The position numbers and the translations under genes were made by a program. Below are positions 29,626 to 38,728 of a DNA stretch of 64,000 bases, piece after piece. The DNA is from Candidatus Pacearchaeota archaeon (GTDB lineage: Archaea; Nanobdellota; Nanobdellia; Pacearchaeales; GW2011-AR1). Location of the stretch: assembly GCA_016866975.1 (NCBI GenBank), contig VGKP01000001.1, positions 54,454 through 118,453 of the forward strand, in the 5' to 3' direction. Within the stretch, counting starts at the first letter, position 1, and every line of letters starts with the position of its first letter. Under the pieces are notes generated by a model. The model had not been told where the DNA came from. It saw only the letters and a list, made by a program, of their open reading frames with translations, and made no database searches.

Positions 29626-31518
29626 ATGGCAAAGGAAAAAACACATTCTGATGATAATGCTGGGAAAAAAGACAAGGAAGAGAAGAAAGAAACGTATATT
29701 CCCCAGATAAAAATGCCTGCAATACCTCAAATGCCAACCAATGGAGCGCCTCTTTCTGGAAGGATGATGCCTCTGCCGCAAGGTGTGCCTGGAATGGTGC
29801 CTCAGTCGCCTCCTCCTGCTGCTATTGATTTTGAGAAGATAAAGCAGAAGCTTGAAGGATTGAAAAAGAATATAGTAAAGAAGTATCCTTTTACAATCGC
29901 ATTTGGTATATTGCCTCAACAAGCTGCGCCAATGTTTGAGGAAGATGATATGATTCCAAAAGAGATAGCACAGACAAGGCCCCTCTATGCAATTGTTTTG
30001 ATTCCTGAGGAGCAATACAAAAATATTCCGAAGATAAAGCCTGAGATTATAAAGATGGTTAAGGAAACTGGGGAGAACATATGGGTTATGATAAAGACTC
30101 CAGTGGACCTATGGAACTATGGTCTTGACAGCAAGTATGAATTCCTGGACGCTGTATCTGCAATGTTTCCTCTTCATGACAATGGATTCCTTGGAGCGCT
30201 TAGGGTAGCCAATATACACAAATCCCTTGCATTAAGGAAGTTTGACAAATATGTCGCGAGTTATGTCATAGGCGGGAGTCTTATAAGAGGGACAGCAAGC
30301 AAAGATAGCGATGTGGATGTATTCATAATAATAGACGATACTGATGTCAAGAGGATGAGCAGGATAGACCTTCTTGAAAGATTAAGGAACATAATAGTGC
30401 ATGATTTTATAAGAGAAGCGACTGCGCTTGCTGGAGTCAAAAATATATTGAGTGTACAAGTATGGCTCCTTACGGATTTCTGGCAAAGAGTGAAAGATGC
30501 AGAGCCTGTAGCATTCACATTTATCCGTGATGGAATTCCGTTGTATGATAGAGGGACGTTCATACCTTGGAAATTATTGTTGAAGATGGGAAGAATAAGG
30601 CCATCTTCAGAAGCGATTGAGATGTATATGAAGCAGGGAGAGCAGACAGAAGAGATAGTGAAGAGAAAACTGTTGGATGTGATGGTAGATGTATATTATG
30701 GCGTTGTGACTCCTACGCAGGCAATGGTGATGCTTGCTGGAGAAGGGCCTGAATCCCCTAAGAACATTGTTTCCCAGATAAAGCAACTTTTTGTTGAAAG
30801 AGAAAAAATGATGAGTGAAAAGGATTTGAAAACCCTTGAGAAGGCAGTACACCTTTTCAAGCAATATGAATATGGAAAGTTGAAAGAATTTTCTGGGAAG
30901 GAATTAGATGAATTCCTTAAAGAGTCACAAGAATATAATAAGATGCTTAAGGAGCTAAGGAAGAAGATAGAAAAGAACTTACAGCATAAGAGCGCACAAG
31001 AGCTGTATAATGAAGTTTTTGGACTGCTTAAGACATTCTTCGGAAACCAAAGACAGCAAGAGCTTGTAAAGAGCTTTGAAAGCCAGATGATTAAGAAAGG
31101 GAAGATATCTGGGCGATTCTCCTCAGTGATGAAAGAATTGGTAAATCTCAAGAAAAAGGTAACTTCAGGGAAGATGAACTCATTTGAGAGCGATAGGGCA
31201 AAAAAAGATGCCCTTGAATTGATTAATGCTCTCGTAGAGTATGCGCAGAGAGCCGACCTCATAAGCACGGAGAAAGGGATGGTGCAGATAACATATGCTG
31301 GGAACAGGAAGGCTGAGCTTGTACTTATGGGTAGAGTCAATTTCCTCGTGGAAGGTAAGGATATAAATAAGATTAGCGAAGGCAAATTAGTTCTTTCTAC
31401 ACAGGAAGAATTTGACAAAGTTCTTTCTGAGAACAAAGGGAAGCTGACGGCAAAAGTATCTGGTGAGCTTTTCCACCTCCTTGAGAAAGAGCTTGGCAAG
31501 TTTGAACTCGAGTTCTAG
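29626..31518 (+). CDS. Large nucleotidyltransferase-domain protein
   Basis: GGSLIRG..SKDSDVDVFIIIDD pol-beta NTase motif followed by a long helical region. Confidence 0.8.
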   Translation: MAKEKTHSDDNAGKKDKEEKKETYIPQIKMPAIPQMPTNGAPLSGRMMPLPQGVPGMVPQSPPPAAIDFEKIKQKLEGLKKNIVKKYPFTIAFGILPQQAAPMFEEDDMIPKEIAQTRPLYAIVLIPEEQYKNIPKIKPEIIKMVKETGENIWVMIKTPVDLWNYGLDSKYEFLDAVSAMFPLHDNGFLGALRVANIHKSLALRKFDKYVASYVIGGSLIRGTASKDSDVDVFIIIDDTDVKRMSRIDLLERLRNIIVHDFIREATALAGVKNILSVQVWLLTDFWQRVKDAEPVAFTFIRDGIPLYDRGTFIPWKLLLKMGRIRPSSEAIEMYMKQGEQTEEIVKRKLLDVMVDVYYGVVTPTQAMVMLAGEGPESPKNIVSQIKQLFVEREKMMSEKDLKTLEKAVHLFKQYEYGKLKEFSGKELDEFLKESQEYNKMLKELRKKIEKNLQHKSAQELYNEVFGLLKTFFGNQRQQELVKSFESQMIKKGKISGRFSSVMKELVNLKKKVTSGKMNSFESDRAKKDALELINALVEYAQRADLISTEKGMVQITYAGNRKAELVLMGRVNFLVEGKDINKISEGKLVLSTQEEFDKVLSENKGKLTAKVSGELFHLLEKELGKFELEF

Positions 31519-31803
31519 ATTACGTACAAATTACATAATTAATTAGGGAAATGCGTGTCTTGTTATCTATTGATCCTGTAATTAAGCGTTGGTTTAACGC
31601 TAGCAGAATACGATTTTGAAGGAGCGCATTATAACTTTTATGGATAAAAATATTATATTGCAGCTTTCTTTTGTCAGCAAAGTGTTGAACTTTGATCATT
31701 GATTTTAAGAACTAGGCGATTTCTTTTTTTATATCTACGAGAGCGATGTTCCTTATACCGACGTGTTATCTTCGGTTCTTGCATGGTTTTTCTTTTATTC
31801 GCA

Positions 31804-31817
31804 GAAAGATTTAAATA
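31804..31817 (+). promoter_or_regulatory. Archaeal BRE/TATA promoter
   Basis: GAAAGATTTAAATA ~22 nt before the pilin gene; same motif at 36246-36259. Confidence 0.6.
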
Positions 31818-31838
31818 CCCTTATGTTTTAACTAGTGA

Positions 31839-32360
31839 ATGCAAAGAAGAGGGTTATTGATGGAGGACAAAAAAGGTTTGAGTGAAGTTGTCTCTTCAGT
31901 ATTATTAATTCTGCTTGTATTGGCAGGAGTTGCGATTATGTGGGTAGTTATAAGACAGTTTATTGTTGGAACAACAAGTCAGTTGAGTTCAAGTGCTTTG
32001 GCTGTATCCTTTACAATTTTACCTGGTGAAAAAACTTGTTATTGGACCGGTAATACTCAAACTTTGACCTTTAATGTTCGGAGAGATCAGGGAGGAGGGG
32101 AGGCGCGTGTTTCCACTCTTAAGTTTGTTTTACGAGATGGGGCTGGCAGAGAGGTAACTCAAGACTGGAGTGTTCCAGGAGGAAATTTCAAAGAGCTTGA
32201 GGCGCAAAGAGTTGATTTAACTATTTCAGGCTTGCCGCTTAGAGGTAAAATCACTTCTATCAAAGTTCAACCTCTCCTCATTCTTCCTGATGGCACGACA
32301 CAGGTAGGAATGCTTTCTGCTGAGCAACTCATTAAGGAAAGTCAGTGTCAGGCATTTTAA
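31839..32360 (+). CDS. Archaeal type IV pilin-like protein
   Basis: Class III signal peptide KKG/LSEVVSSVLLILLVLAGVAIMW. Confidence 0.8.
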   Translation: MQRRGLLMEDKKGLSEVVSSVLLILLVLAGVAIMWVVIRQFIVGTTSQLSSSALAVSFTILPGEKTCYWTGNTQTLTFNVRRDQGGGEARVSTLKFVLRDGAGREVTQDWSVPGGNFKELEAQRVDLTISGLPLRGKITSIKVQPLLILPDGTTQVGMLSAEQLIKESQCQAF

Positions 32361-32377
32361 GGAAGGTGTCTGTCCCA

Positions 32378-32398
32378 TTTAGCCTCGGTGGGGCTAAA
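32378..32398. terminator. Intergenic stem-loop after the pilin gene
   Basis: TTTAGCCTC-GGT-GGGGCTAAA, 9-bp stem with one G:T. Confidence 0.35.
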
Positions 32399-32429
32399 GG
32401 TTTAAAAAGGTGTTTTTTCTTTAAGAAAG

Positions 32430-32699
32430 ATGAAAGGTATTTTAGTACAATTCCGTCGAAGCAGGCACAGAATTCATGAGAAGCATTATCTTATAGATTT
32501 GGGATGCACTACTCGTGATGAAGCAAAGAAATATGTGGGCAAACAAGTTTCATGGAAGAGTTCTTCTGGTAAAGTAATAGTTGGCAAGATTAGTGATGCT
32601 CATGGAAATAAGGGTGTTGTCCGAGCCATATTTGAGAAAGGATTGCCTGGACAGGCAATGACTGATGAGATTGAAGTGAGTGAAGGAGGGAAGAAGTAA
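32430..32699 (+). CDS. rpl35ae: 50S ribosomal protein eL33 (L35Ae)
   Basis: GKQVSWK, GKISDAHGNKGVVRAIFEKGLPGQA. Confidence 0.93.
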   Translation: MKGILVQFRRSRHRIHEKHYLIDLGCTTRDEAKKYVGKQVSWKSSSGKVIVGKISDAHGNKGVVRAIFEKGLPGQAMTDEIEVSEGGKK

Positions 32700-32700
32700 A

Positions 32701-33243
32701 ATGGCTTTAAGAAAAGCACTGGCATATTCTAAGAAGAAAGCTAGACCATATACTAGAAATTCAAGGAAAAAGGGCAAATCATACATAAAGACTATACCAT
32801 TTAGCAAGATTGTAAAATTTGATTCTGGAGTTAGAAAGGACTATGAACAAGGAAAGTTCCCCTATAAAATAAGCCTAGAGGCTGAGGAGGGCGTACAGGT
32901 AAGAGATAATGCATTAGAAGCGTGCAGAATGTTGCTCACAAAGCAAATGGATGAGAATGCTTTGGGACAGTATTTCTTAATGGTTAAAGTTCATCCTCAC
33001 CATTTTATTCGTGAGAATAAAAGCGCTGCTGCAGTAGCTGGAGCAGACAGAATTTCTACCGGAATGACTCAATCGTTTGGGGTAGTAATAGGAAGAGCTG
33101 CAAGAGTCAAGCCTGGACAGGAACTCTTCTTTATATCAGCTGCAACTGAAAAAGGCGCCCAGGCAGCCAAATCTGCTCTCAACATGATAAGGTCTAAAGT
33201 GCCTTGCAAGTCAAGAGTGGTTTTCCAGAAAGCAGGGCAGTAG
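32701..33243 (+). CDS. rpl10e: 50S ribosomal protein uL16 (L10e)
   Basis: RPYTR, RDNALEACR, HPHHFIRENK, GADRISTGMTQSFG. Confidence 0.93.
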   Translation: MALRKALAYSKKKARPYTRNSRKKGKSYIKTIPFSKIVKFDSGVRKDYEQGKFPYKISLEAEEGVQVRDNALEACRMLLTKQMDENALGQYFLMVKVHPHHFIRENKSAAAVAGADRISTGMTQSFGVVIGRAARVKPGQELFFISAATEKGAQAAKSALNMIRSKVPCKSRVVFQKAGQ

Positions 33244-33274
33244 ATTTATTAATCGCTATTTCTATATTTATTCA

Positions 33275-33526
33275 ATGCATACTAAAAGAGTTATTGCTGG
33301 AGTAGCGTCAATTATTGTCGGAACTCTGTCACTTTTGCCGTCCCTTACGGGATTTGTTACTTCTGAACAAGTATTGAGAGAAGGGATATCCCTAGTATAA
33401 TTTATATTGATAATAGGGGGGATATTAATTGCCTTCACAGGTACAAGAGATGAAAGAGAAAGCCGTTTGGTAGGACTCGTCCTGGAACCCCATAAAGAAC
33501 AGAGGCATCATAGTTTTGCCAGTTAA
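33275..33526 (+). pseudogene. Small membrane-protein gene with an in-frame TAA
   Basis: MHTKRVIAGVASIIVGTLSLLPSLTGFVTSEQVLREGISLV*FILIIGGILIAFTG...; the TAA at 33398-33400 interrupts a hydrophobic helix. Confidence 0.55.
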
Positions 33527-33626
33527 TACTTGATATTTAAACCTTTGTTTTACACTCTTTTAAGGTACGACTTTATATGGAGACCTACATGTAAATCTTT
33601 ATTAACCTAAATATCTTTTTGAAGAT

Positions 33627-36197
33627 ATGAAAAAAGAGGAGCAGAGGACCGACTTAGTGAAGTGGTTTTCTGAACTAAGCAATAAAGATATTGCAATTGG
33701 GGGAGGGAAAGGTGCAAGCCTTTCGGAAATGTATAACAATAAATTCCCAATACCTCCTGGGTTTATAATAACTGCACAGGCTTATTCTTACTTTATAGAC
33801 AAAGCCGGTTTAAAGATAAAAATAGAAGAGGTGTTGAAAGATGTCGACAAGGAAGACACCAAGGCTTTGGAAGAAGTTTCGAAGAAGATAAAACAACTGA
33901 TAGTGTCTTCAGAGATTCCTGTTGATCTTGCAGAGGCAATAACTGAATCTTATGATGTCCTTGATGTGGATAAAAGGGGTATTGAGAATGCGCATGGAAG
34001 TGCGCTTGCTATATTGAAAAGATCACATGAACCTCCATTTGTCGCTGTAAGGAGCTCTGCAACTACTGAAGACCTTGCAGATGCTAGTTTTGCTGGACAG
34101 CAAGATTCTTTCCTTAATGTAAAAGGCAATTCAGAACTCATTCAAAAAGTCAAGAAGTGTTTTGCTTCTCTCTTCAATGCACGTGCTATATATTACAGAA
34201 TGACTAAAGGATTCTCACAAACTGGAGCACAGCTTGCAGTGGTTGTGCAAAGAATGGTTGATTCAGAGAAATCTGGAGTAATGTTCTCAAAGAATCCTAC
34301 AAAGAATGATGGAAGTGTTGTAATAGAGGCAGTATGGGGCTTAGGAGAGGGAATAGTATCTGGGATGATAAAGCCAGACCACTATCAGTTGTCTGAGAAA
34401 GATGGTGAGTTTGATATAAAAGATGCTCAAGTCTCTGAAAAGAAGATAGCCATATTGAGAGATTCATCTGGAGAGAATAAAGTGATGAAGCTGACTCCTA
34501 CCAAGAGCATGCACAGAGTCCTATTGGATAAGGAATTAAAATCTCTTGCGAGATATGCCCTTAAGTTAGAGGAACATTATGGCAAGCCTCAAGATATAGA
34601 ATTTGCAATAACTGGGGAAGAGATATTCATTGTGCAGTCAAGGCCGATAACTACAAAGTTCCAGGAGAGGAAGAGCGACATTAAATTAGGAAAAGAACTT
34701 CTCTCTGGATTAGGAGCTTCTCCCGGAGTATCGTCTGGAGTTGTAAGGATAGTTCATTCACTTGAAGATCTAGACAAAGTGAAGAAAGGAGATGTATTGG
34801 TCACAGAAATGACAAACCCTGACATGGTCGTATCTATGGCAAGAGCAGCTGCAATCGTGACTGATGAAGGAGGGGTAACGAGCCATGCAGCCATTGTCTC
34901 AAGAGAAATGGGAATTCCGTGTGTTGTTGGCACCGGAAAAGCTACTTCAACACTTCATGAAGGACAGGAGATTACTGTAGATGGAAGCGCAGGAAAAGTC
35001 CATGAGGGGAAAGGAGAAGAACACTTGATAGAAGTAAGACCAATAGTCCCTACAAAGACTAAAATAAAAGTTATAGTCGACCTTCCATTGGCAGCTGAAA
35101 GGGCTGCGTTGTCTAAGGCACAGGGAATCGGATTGTGCAGGCTCGAAGGAATAATAGCTGCTTCAGGCAAGCATCCATTCTATTATGTGCAGAAAAAAGA
35201 CATGGAACCTTATTATAATACACTTCTTAAGGGCCTTGAGAATATATCTAGGCATTTTCATGAGACCTGGATTAGAACCTCTGACCTAAGAAGTGATGAA
35301 TTCAATCAACTTGAGGGCGCACCCAATGAAATTGAAGGGAACCCTATGCTTGGCGACCATGGAGTAAGGTTCGGTGTAAAACATCTTGATATTATGGAGA
35401 CTGAAGTAAAAGCAATACTTGATCTTGCAAGGAAGCATTCTGACAAGGTGTTTGGGATAATGGTGCCTCAAGTCATAAGTGTGGAAGAATTGCAACTGAC
35501 CAAGAAGATAGCAAGAGCAAACGGTCTTCCTTCTAATGTCAAAATTGGGATAATGGTTGAGACACCTGCTGCAGTACAGATAATTCATGACCTTTGCGAA
35601 GAAGGACTTGACTTCATAAGCTTTGGGACAAATGACCTAACTCAATATACCCTTGCAATAGACAGGAACAACGCAAGTGTCCAGCACCTTTTCAATGAAA
35701 TGAATCCTGCTGTTTTGTCATCAATAAAATATGTGATAAGAAAGTGCAAAAAATACGGCGTTGAGACATCTATTTGCGGCCAGGCGGGAAGCAAGGAAGA
35801 GATGGCCAAGTTCCTTGTTGGCGAGGGCATTGACAGTATATCTGTAAATGCTGATGCTGCTGAGAAAGTAAGCAAGATTGTAGCAGAGATAGAATCTCGG
35901 GCCAATACACACAATGAAGAATATGTTGAAAGCGGGAAGATAAAGAAGAATTCTGTGAGCGACCCTGAATTGTCTGAAGACCAGAAGCCTGTATCGAGAG
36001 GAGGGATAATTCCTGTTCCCGCGATAACTGCTGCACCTTTGCTATTGGAGCAGAAAGACATTGAGGAAGTCATACTTGAAGAACTGGATGGAAAGACAGA
36101 GCAGGAATATGAACCTGGAGAAAGCGACCCGAAGAAAGACATACCTGCATTAAATGATGCCATCCCCGTCAATAGTGAGATGCTTAACAATAAATAA
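33627..36197 (+). CDS. ppsA: Phosphoenolpyruvate synthase with acidic C-terminal extension
   Basis: GGKGASL, VAVRSSATTEDL, SFAGQQ, DEGGVTSHAAIVSRE, SFGTNDLTQ. Confidence 0.95.
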   Translation: MKKEEQRTDLVKWFSELSNKDIAIGGGKGASLSEMYNNKFPIPPGFIITAQAYSYFIDKAGLKIKIEEVLKDVDKEDTKALEEVSKKIKQLIVSSEIPVDLAEAITESYDVLDVDKRGIENAHGSALAILKRSHEPPFVAVRSSATTEDLADASFAGQQDSFLNVKGNSELIQKVKKCFASLFNARAIYYRMTKGFSQTGAQLAVVVQRMVDSEKSGVMFSKNPTKNDGSVVIEAVWGLGEGIVSGMIKPDHYQLSEKDGEFDIKDAQVSEKKIAILRDSSGENKVMKLTPTKSMHRVLLDKELKSLARYALKLEEHYGKPQDIEFAITGEEIFIVQSRPITTKFQERKSDIKLGKELLSGLGASPGVSSGVVRIVHSLEDLDKVKKGDVLVTEMTNPDMVVSMARAAAIVTDEGGVTSHAAIVSREMGIPCVVGTGKATSTLHEGQEITVDGSAGKVHEGKGEEHLIEVRPIVPTKTKIKVIVDLPLAAERAALSKAQGIGLCRLEGIIAASGKHPFYYVQKKDMEPYYNTLLKGLENISRHFHETWIRTSDLRSDEFNQLEGAPNEIEGNPMLGDHGVRFGVKHLDIMETEVKAILDLARKHSDKVFGIMVPQVISVEELQLTKKIARANGLPSNVKIGIMVETPAAVQIIHDLCEEGLDFISFGTNDLTQYTLAIDRNNASVQHLFNEMNPAVLSSIKYVIRKCKKYGVETSICGQAGSKEEMAKFLVGEGIDSISVNADAAEKVSKIVAEIESRANTHNEEYVESGKIKKNSVSDPELSEDQKPVSRGGIIPVPAITAAPLLLEQKDIEEVILEELDGKTEQEYEPGESDPKKDIPALNDAIPVNSEMLNNK

Positions 36198-36280
36198 TGT
36201 TTTATAAAAGATATTCTTGTTACTACTATATAGATACTACTAACCGAAAGATTTAAATAGTCGGAGTATATAGGTAGAGT

Positions 36281-37126
36281 ATGGCGAAAAGTAAATCGAA
36301 AAAACCAAAAAGTCCACCTAAACCAGGACAGGAAGAATTTGATTCTTGGAAGAATGCATCCAATAATTATTATTCACTTGAAAATGCAGGAAAGAATCTG
36401 AAATCTGAAAACCCTGATGAGAGAGGTGCAGCTAGAGGCAATTTAGAAAGAGTACTCAAGGCTTATACTGGAATAACTTTTGGAAGGCATGACGATGAAA
36501 ACCACATGTTAAAACATTATCCTGGCGCCTTAAATGATTTTTCAAGAAACTCTCTTGAAGAATTTAAAAAAAACCCTTCTGAAATTATTGACTATGCTTA
36601 TTCAGATCAAAAAAATCAGAAAAAGTTTGCTAATAATTATCTAAATATTGACCCTCATTTCCTTGAAGGTAAAGATGGAAAATATGAAAGAAAAAAAATT
36701 GAACTTGGAAAGAGTGAAGATGATAAAATTATAGCTGAAACACACAGCCTATACTTCCTTTTGAATGAAGAAACTGAAAAAGTCAAATCTGCAAAGGAAT
36801 TAGGAGCCACCGCCGAGTTTATCAGTAAAACTTCTCAACTCTTGGAAGGATCCTTGTTTCATCATTTTATCCTCTCTGGGTCTTCTGAAGTTGAGGCTGG
36901 TTCTCGCGCTCGATTAATTAGGGAAACCTATGATTCTTCTAACCCTAATGAAGCTTATCAGATACTCAATATTACTAAAAATCACATGAAGAATCATATG
37001 AATAGTCTTGTAAATGAATCTAATAGAGCAGAATATGCAATGAAACTTATAAAGGCTAAAGCGAATAAGAATGACCTTATAAATATCGGTCAAGCATCCC
37101 AAGATCTCTATAAGGCGCTGAAATAA
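36281..37126 (+). CDS. Hypothetical protein
   Basis: 281-aa ORF with BRE/TATA upstream. Confidence 0.7.
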   Translation: MAKSKSKKPKSPPKPGQEEFDSWKNASNNYYSLENAGKNLKSENPDERGAARGNLERVLKAYTGITFGRHDDENHMLKHYPGALNDFSRNSLEEFKKNPSEIIDYAYSDQKNQKKFANNYLNIDPHFLEGKDGKYERKKIELGKSEDDKIIAETHSLYFLLNEETEKVKSAKELGATAEFISKTSQLLEGSLFHHFILSGSSEVEAGSRARLIRETYDSSNPNEAYQILNITKNHMKNHMNSLVNESNRAEYAMKLIKAKANKNDLINIGQASQDLYKALK

Positions 37127-37217
37127 GGGTCTTTGATAAGCCTCGTGTTTTTCTGAAATAATCTGAATTAAGACGTGGAACGTGAGCAAAGTGGTTTTAT
37201 CTGTCTTAAGAGCTATT

Positions 37218-37337
37218 ATCAAAAAAACGATGCGCCACTGCGGCTTAAAAGCCGCAGTTTGATGCAGGCGCTCGTTTTTTGGATGCTCAAGGAACAACTC
37301 CAGCTTAAAAGCTGGAGTTTTAGTCAAGTTCCTTGAC
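37218..37337 (-). mobile_element. 120-bp non-autonomous IS200/IS605-type element (PATE-like), copy 1, intergenic
   Basis: TTAT|GTCAAGG...TTTTGAT|; two hairpins; identical to copies 2 and 3 apart from single substitutions. Confidence 0.85.
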
Positions 37338-37355
37338 ATAAAATATAAGGATCTC

Positions 37356-37389
37356 TTTAGGTAAAGGTTAAAACCCGAAGTGTTTTGTG
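37356..37389. repeat. Repeat family B, copy 2 (degenerate)
   Basis: 32/34 identity to 22189-22222; 18 nt from element copy 1. Confidence 0.6.
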
Positions 37390-37393
37390 AATT

Positions 37394-38218
37394 TTATTTT
37401 TTCTGCTCGTAGAGCTTGTCGATGATATTAGCCATATCTTTCATGAATTTCTCTGCTATGGCTTGCCATTTATCGATATCCGCGCCTTTTATCTCCGAGA
37501 TTTCCTGATGAAGGATTCCTTTGTGGATAGCATAAAGGTCGCGCATTGATTTAACTGCATCCATGCTCAGCATTCCTTTATCCACGAAGAACTCTTTTAA
37601 CATCAGAGGTATCTGCTCTGGAGAAGGAGGTATCTTGCCCGCCATCATAAGCGCGGCTTGTGCAGAGTCTGTCATGCACCAGTATATGCCTTCTATGGCG
37701 CTCATCTCGGATGCTTTGCTTCTTGAGAGATGGTCGGGAGCCCTCTGGAGGGCAGCATATATCGCTTCTGGAGTAGAATGTATCTTCCCCTTTAGAAGAA
37801 GGGCTTTGAGAGGAGTGAAGAATCCTCCAACATCTATAAGTGCCTCTCCGTACCTAAGTATATTTATCACTACGGGGTCGCCATACATAAGATCCTGCCA
37901 CCATGTAGTCAACTTTACTGTATTGATATGCAGATTTGCGCTCTGAGGATTTGTTTCTATAATTTTTGCAAGCTCTTCCCTATACCAGGATATTAACTCA
38001 AGATCCCAGCTTATCGAAGCGTCGTCTATTATTAATATAATATCTATGTCAGATCCTGGCTGAGGGGTATTCTTGGCATGAGAACCGAACAATATAGATG
38101 CTTTTACTATCCTATCAAATTTTTCATGGACCTTTATAGCAAATTCCCTTGCCAAGTTCTTCGCATCATTTAGCTTGCGCGTAGGACTGGGGGACGATTT
38201 CCTCTTTTTCCTCTCCAT
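37394..38218 (-). CDS. Nucleotidyltransferase-domain protein, paralog of 29626..31518
   Basis: FGSHAK...GSDIDIILIIDD; downstream TTWWQ..GDPVVINILRYG..PLKALLLKGKIHSTPEAI aligns with the larger paralog. Confidence 0.8.
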   Translation of the reverse strand: MERKKRKSSPSPTRKLNDAKNLAREFAIKVHEKFDRIVKASILFGSHAKNTPQPGSDIDIILIIDDASISWDLELISWYREELAKIIETNPQSANLHINTVKLTTWWQDLMYGDPVVINILRYGEALIDVGGFFTPLKALLLKGKIHSTPEAIYAALQRAPDHLSRSKASEMSAIEGIYWCMTDSAQAALMMAGKIPPSPEQIPLMLKEFFVDKGMLSMDAVKSMRDLYAIHKGILHQEISEIKGADIDKWQAIAEKFMKDMANIIDKLYEQKK

Positions 38219-38287
38219 ATTCTAATCAAGAGACTCTTGTTTTTAAACTTTGGGATTTGAATTAGTAGACATCGACTTAATAAATGC

Positions 38288-38716
38288 CTATAAAATAGAA
38301 CCTTCCTTTGTCTTCCTTTTCTTTTTATAATCGTCAAATGAAGCAAATCCATGTTTCCGCGCCCAATCTTCTCGATAAGCCTGAGCCGAAACATGATTAT
38401 GCCTCTTTGCCCAATTATCATAATAAGAGCTGAGTGATTTCTCACCTCTACTTAAAGCTAGTTTCTCAAGATATTCAGTAGTTGTTTCGCAGCCTCTTCT
38501 TCGGGCAATATCGAGAGCATATCCCTTTCTGCCACTTAATCCTCTTCTTTGGGCAATATGATCGTAATAATCCCTAGGATTTTCAGCATGAATGCAAGCT
38601 AAAACAGTGGTCCTACTGAGATTTACTATTCCGGCAATATCTCTGATACTATTATTCTCCATACGAAGTGCGCGAATATGTTCAATATCTCCTGAAGTCA
38701 CTTTCGATCTTTTCAT
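38288..38716 (-). CDS. HTH protein with five tandem 16-aa repeats
   Basis: IRALRMENNSIRDIAGIVNLSRTTV HTH, then Y-x4-A-x3-G units with exact 16-aa period. Confidence 0.7.
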   Translation of the reverse strand: MKRSKVTSGDIEHIRALRMENNSIRDIAGIVNLSRTTVLACIHAENPRDYYDHIAQRRGLSGRKGYALDIARRRGCETTTEYLEKLALSRGEKSLSSYYDNWAKRHNHVSAQAYREDWARKHGFASFDDYKKKRKTKEGSIL

Positions 38717-38728
38717 GCTGAATAGAAT

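Noticed and set aside
31516-31785. Frameshifted minus-strand ORF in the intergenic region
   Set aside because: 36 aa plus a second frame with no recognisable motif; insufficient support.
36914-37339. Track ORFs 36914..37339 and 47815..48012 as real genes
   Set aside because: They are read-throughs of the repeat element and overlap better-supported genes.
37332-37341. TTGACA at the element junction as an outward promoter
   Set aside because: This is a bacterial -35 motif, and the host uses archaeal TATA/BRE promoters.
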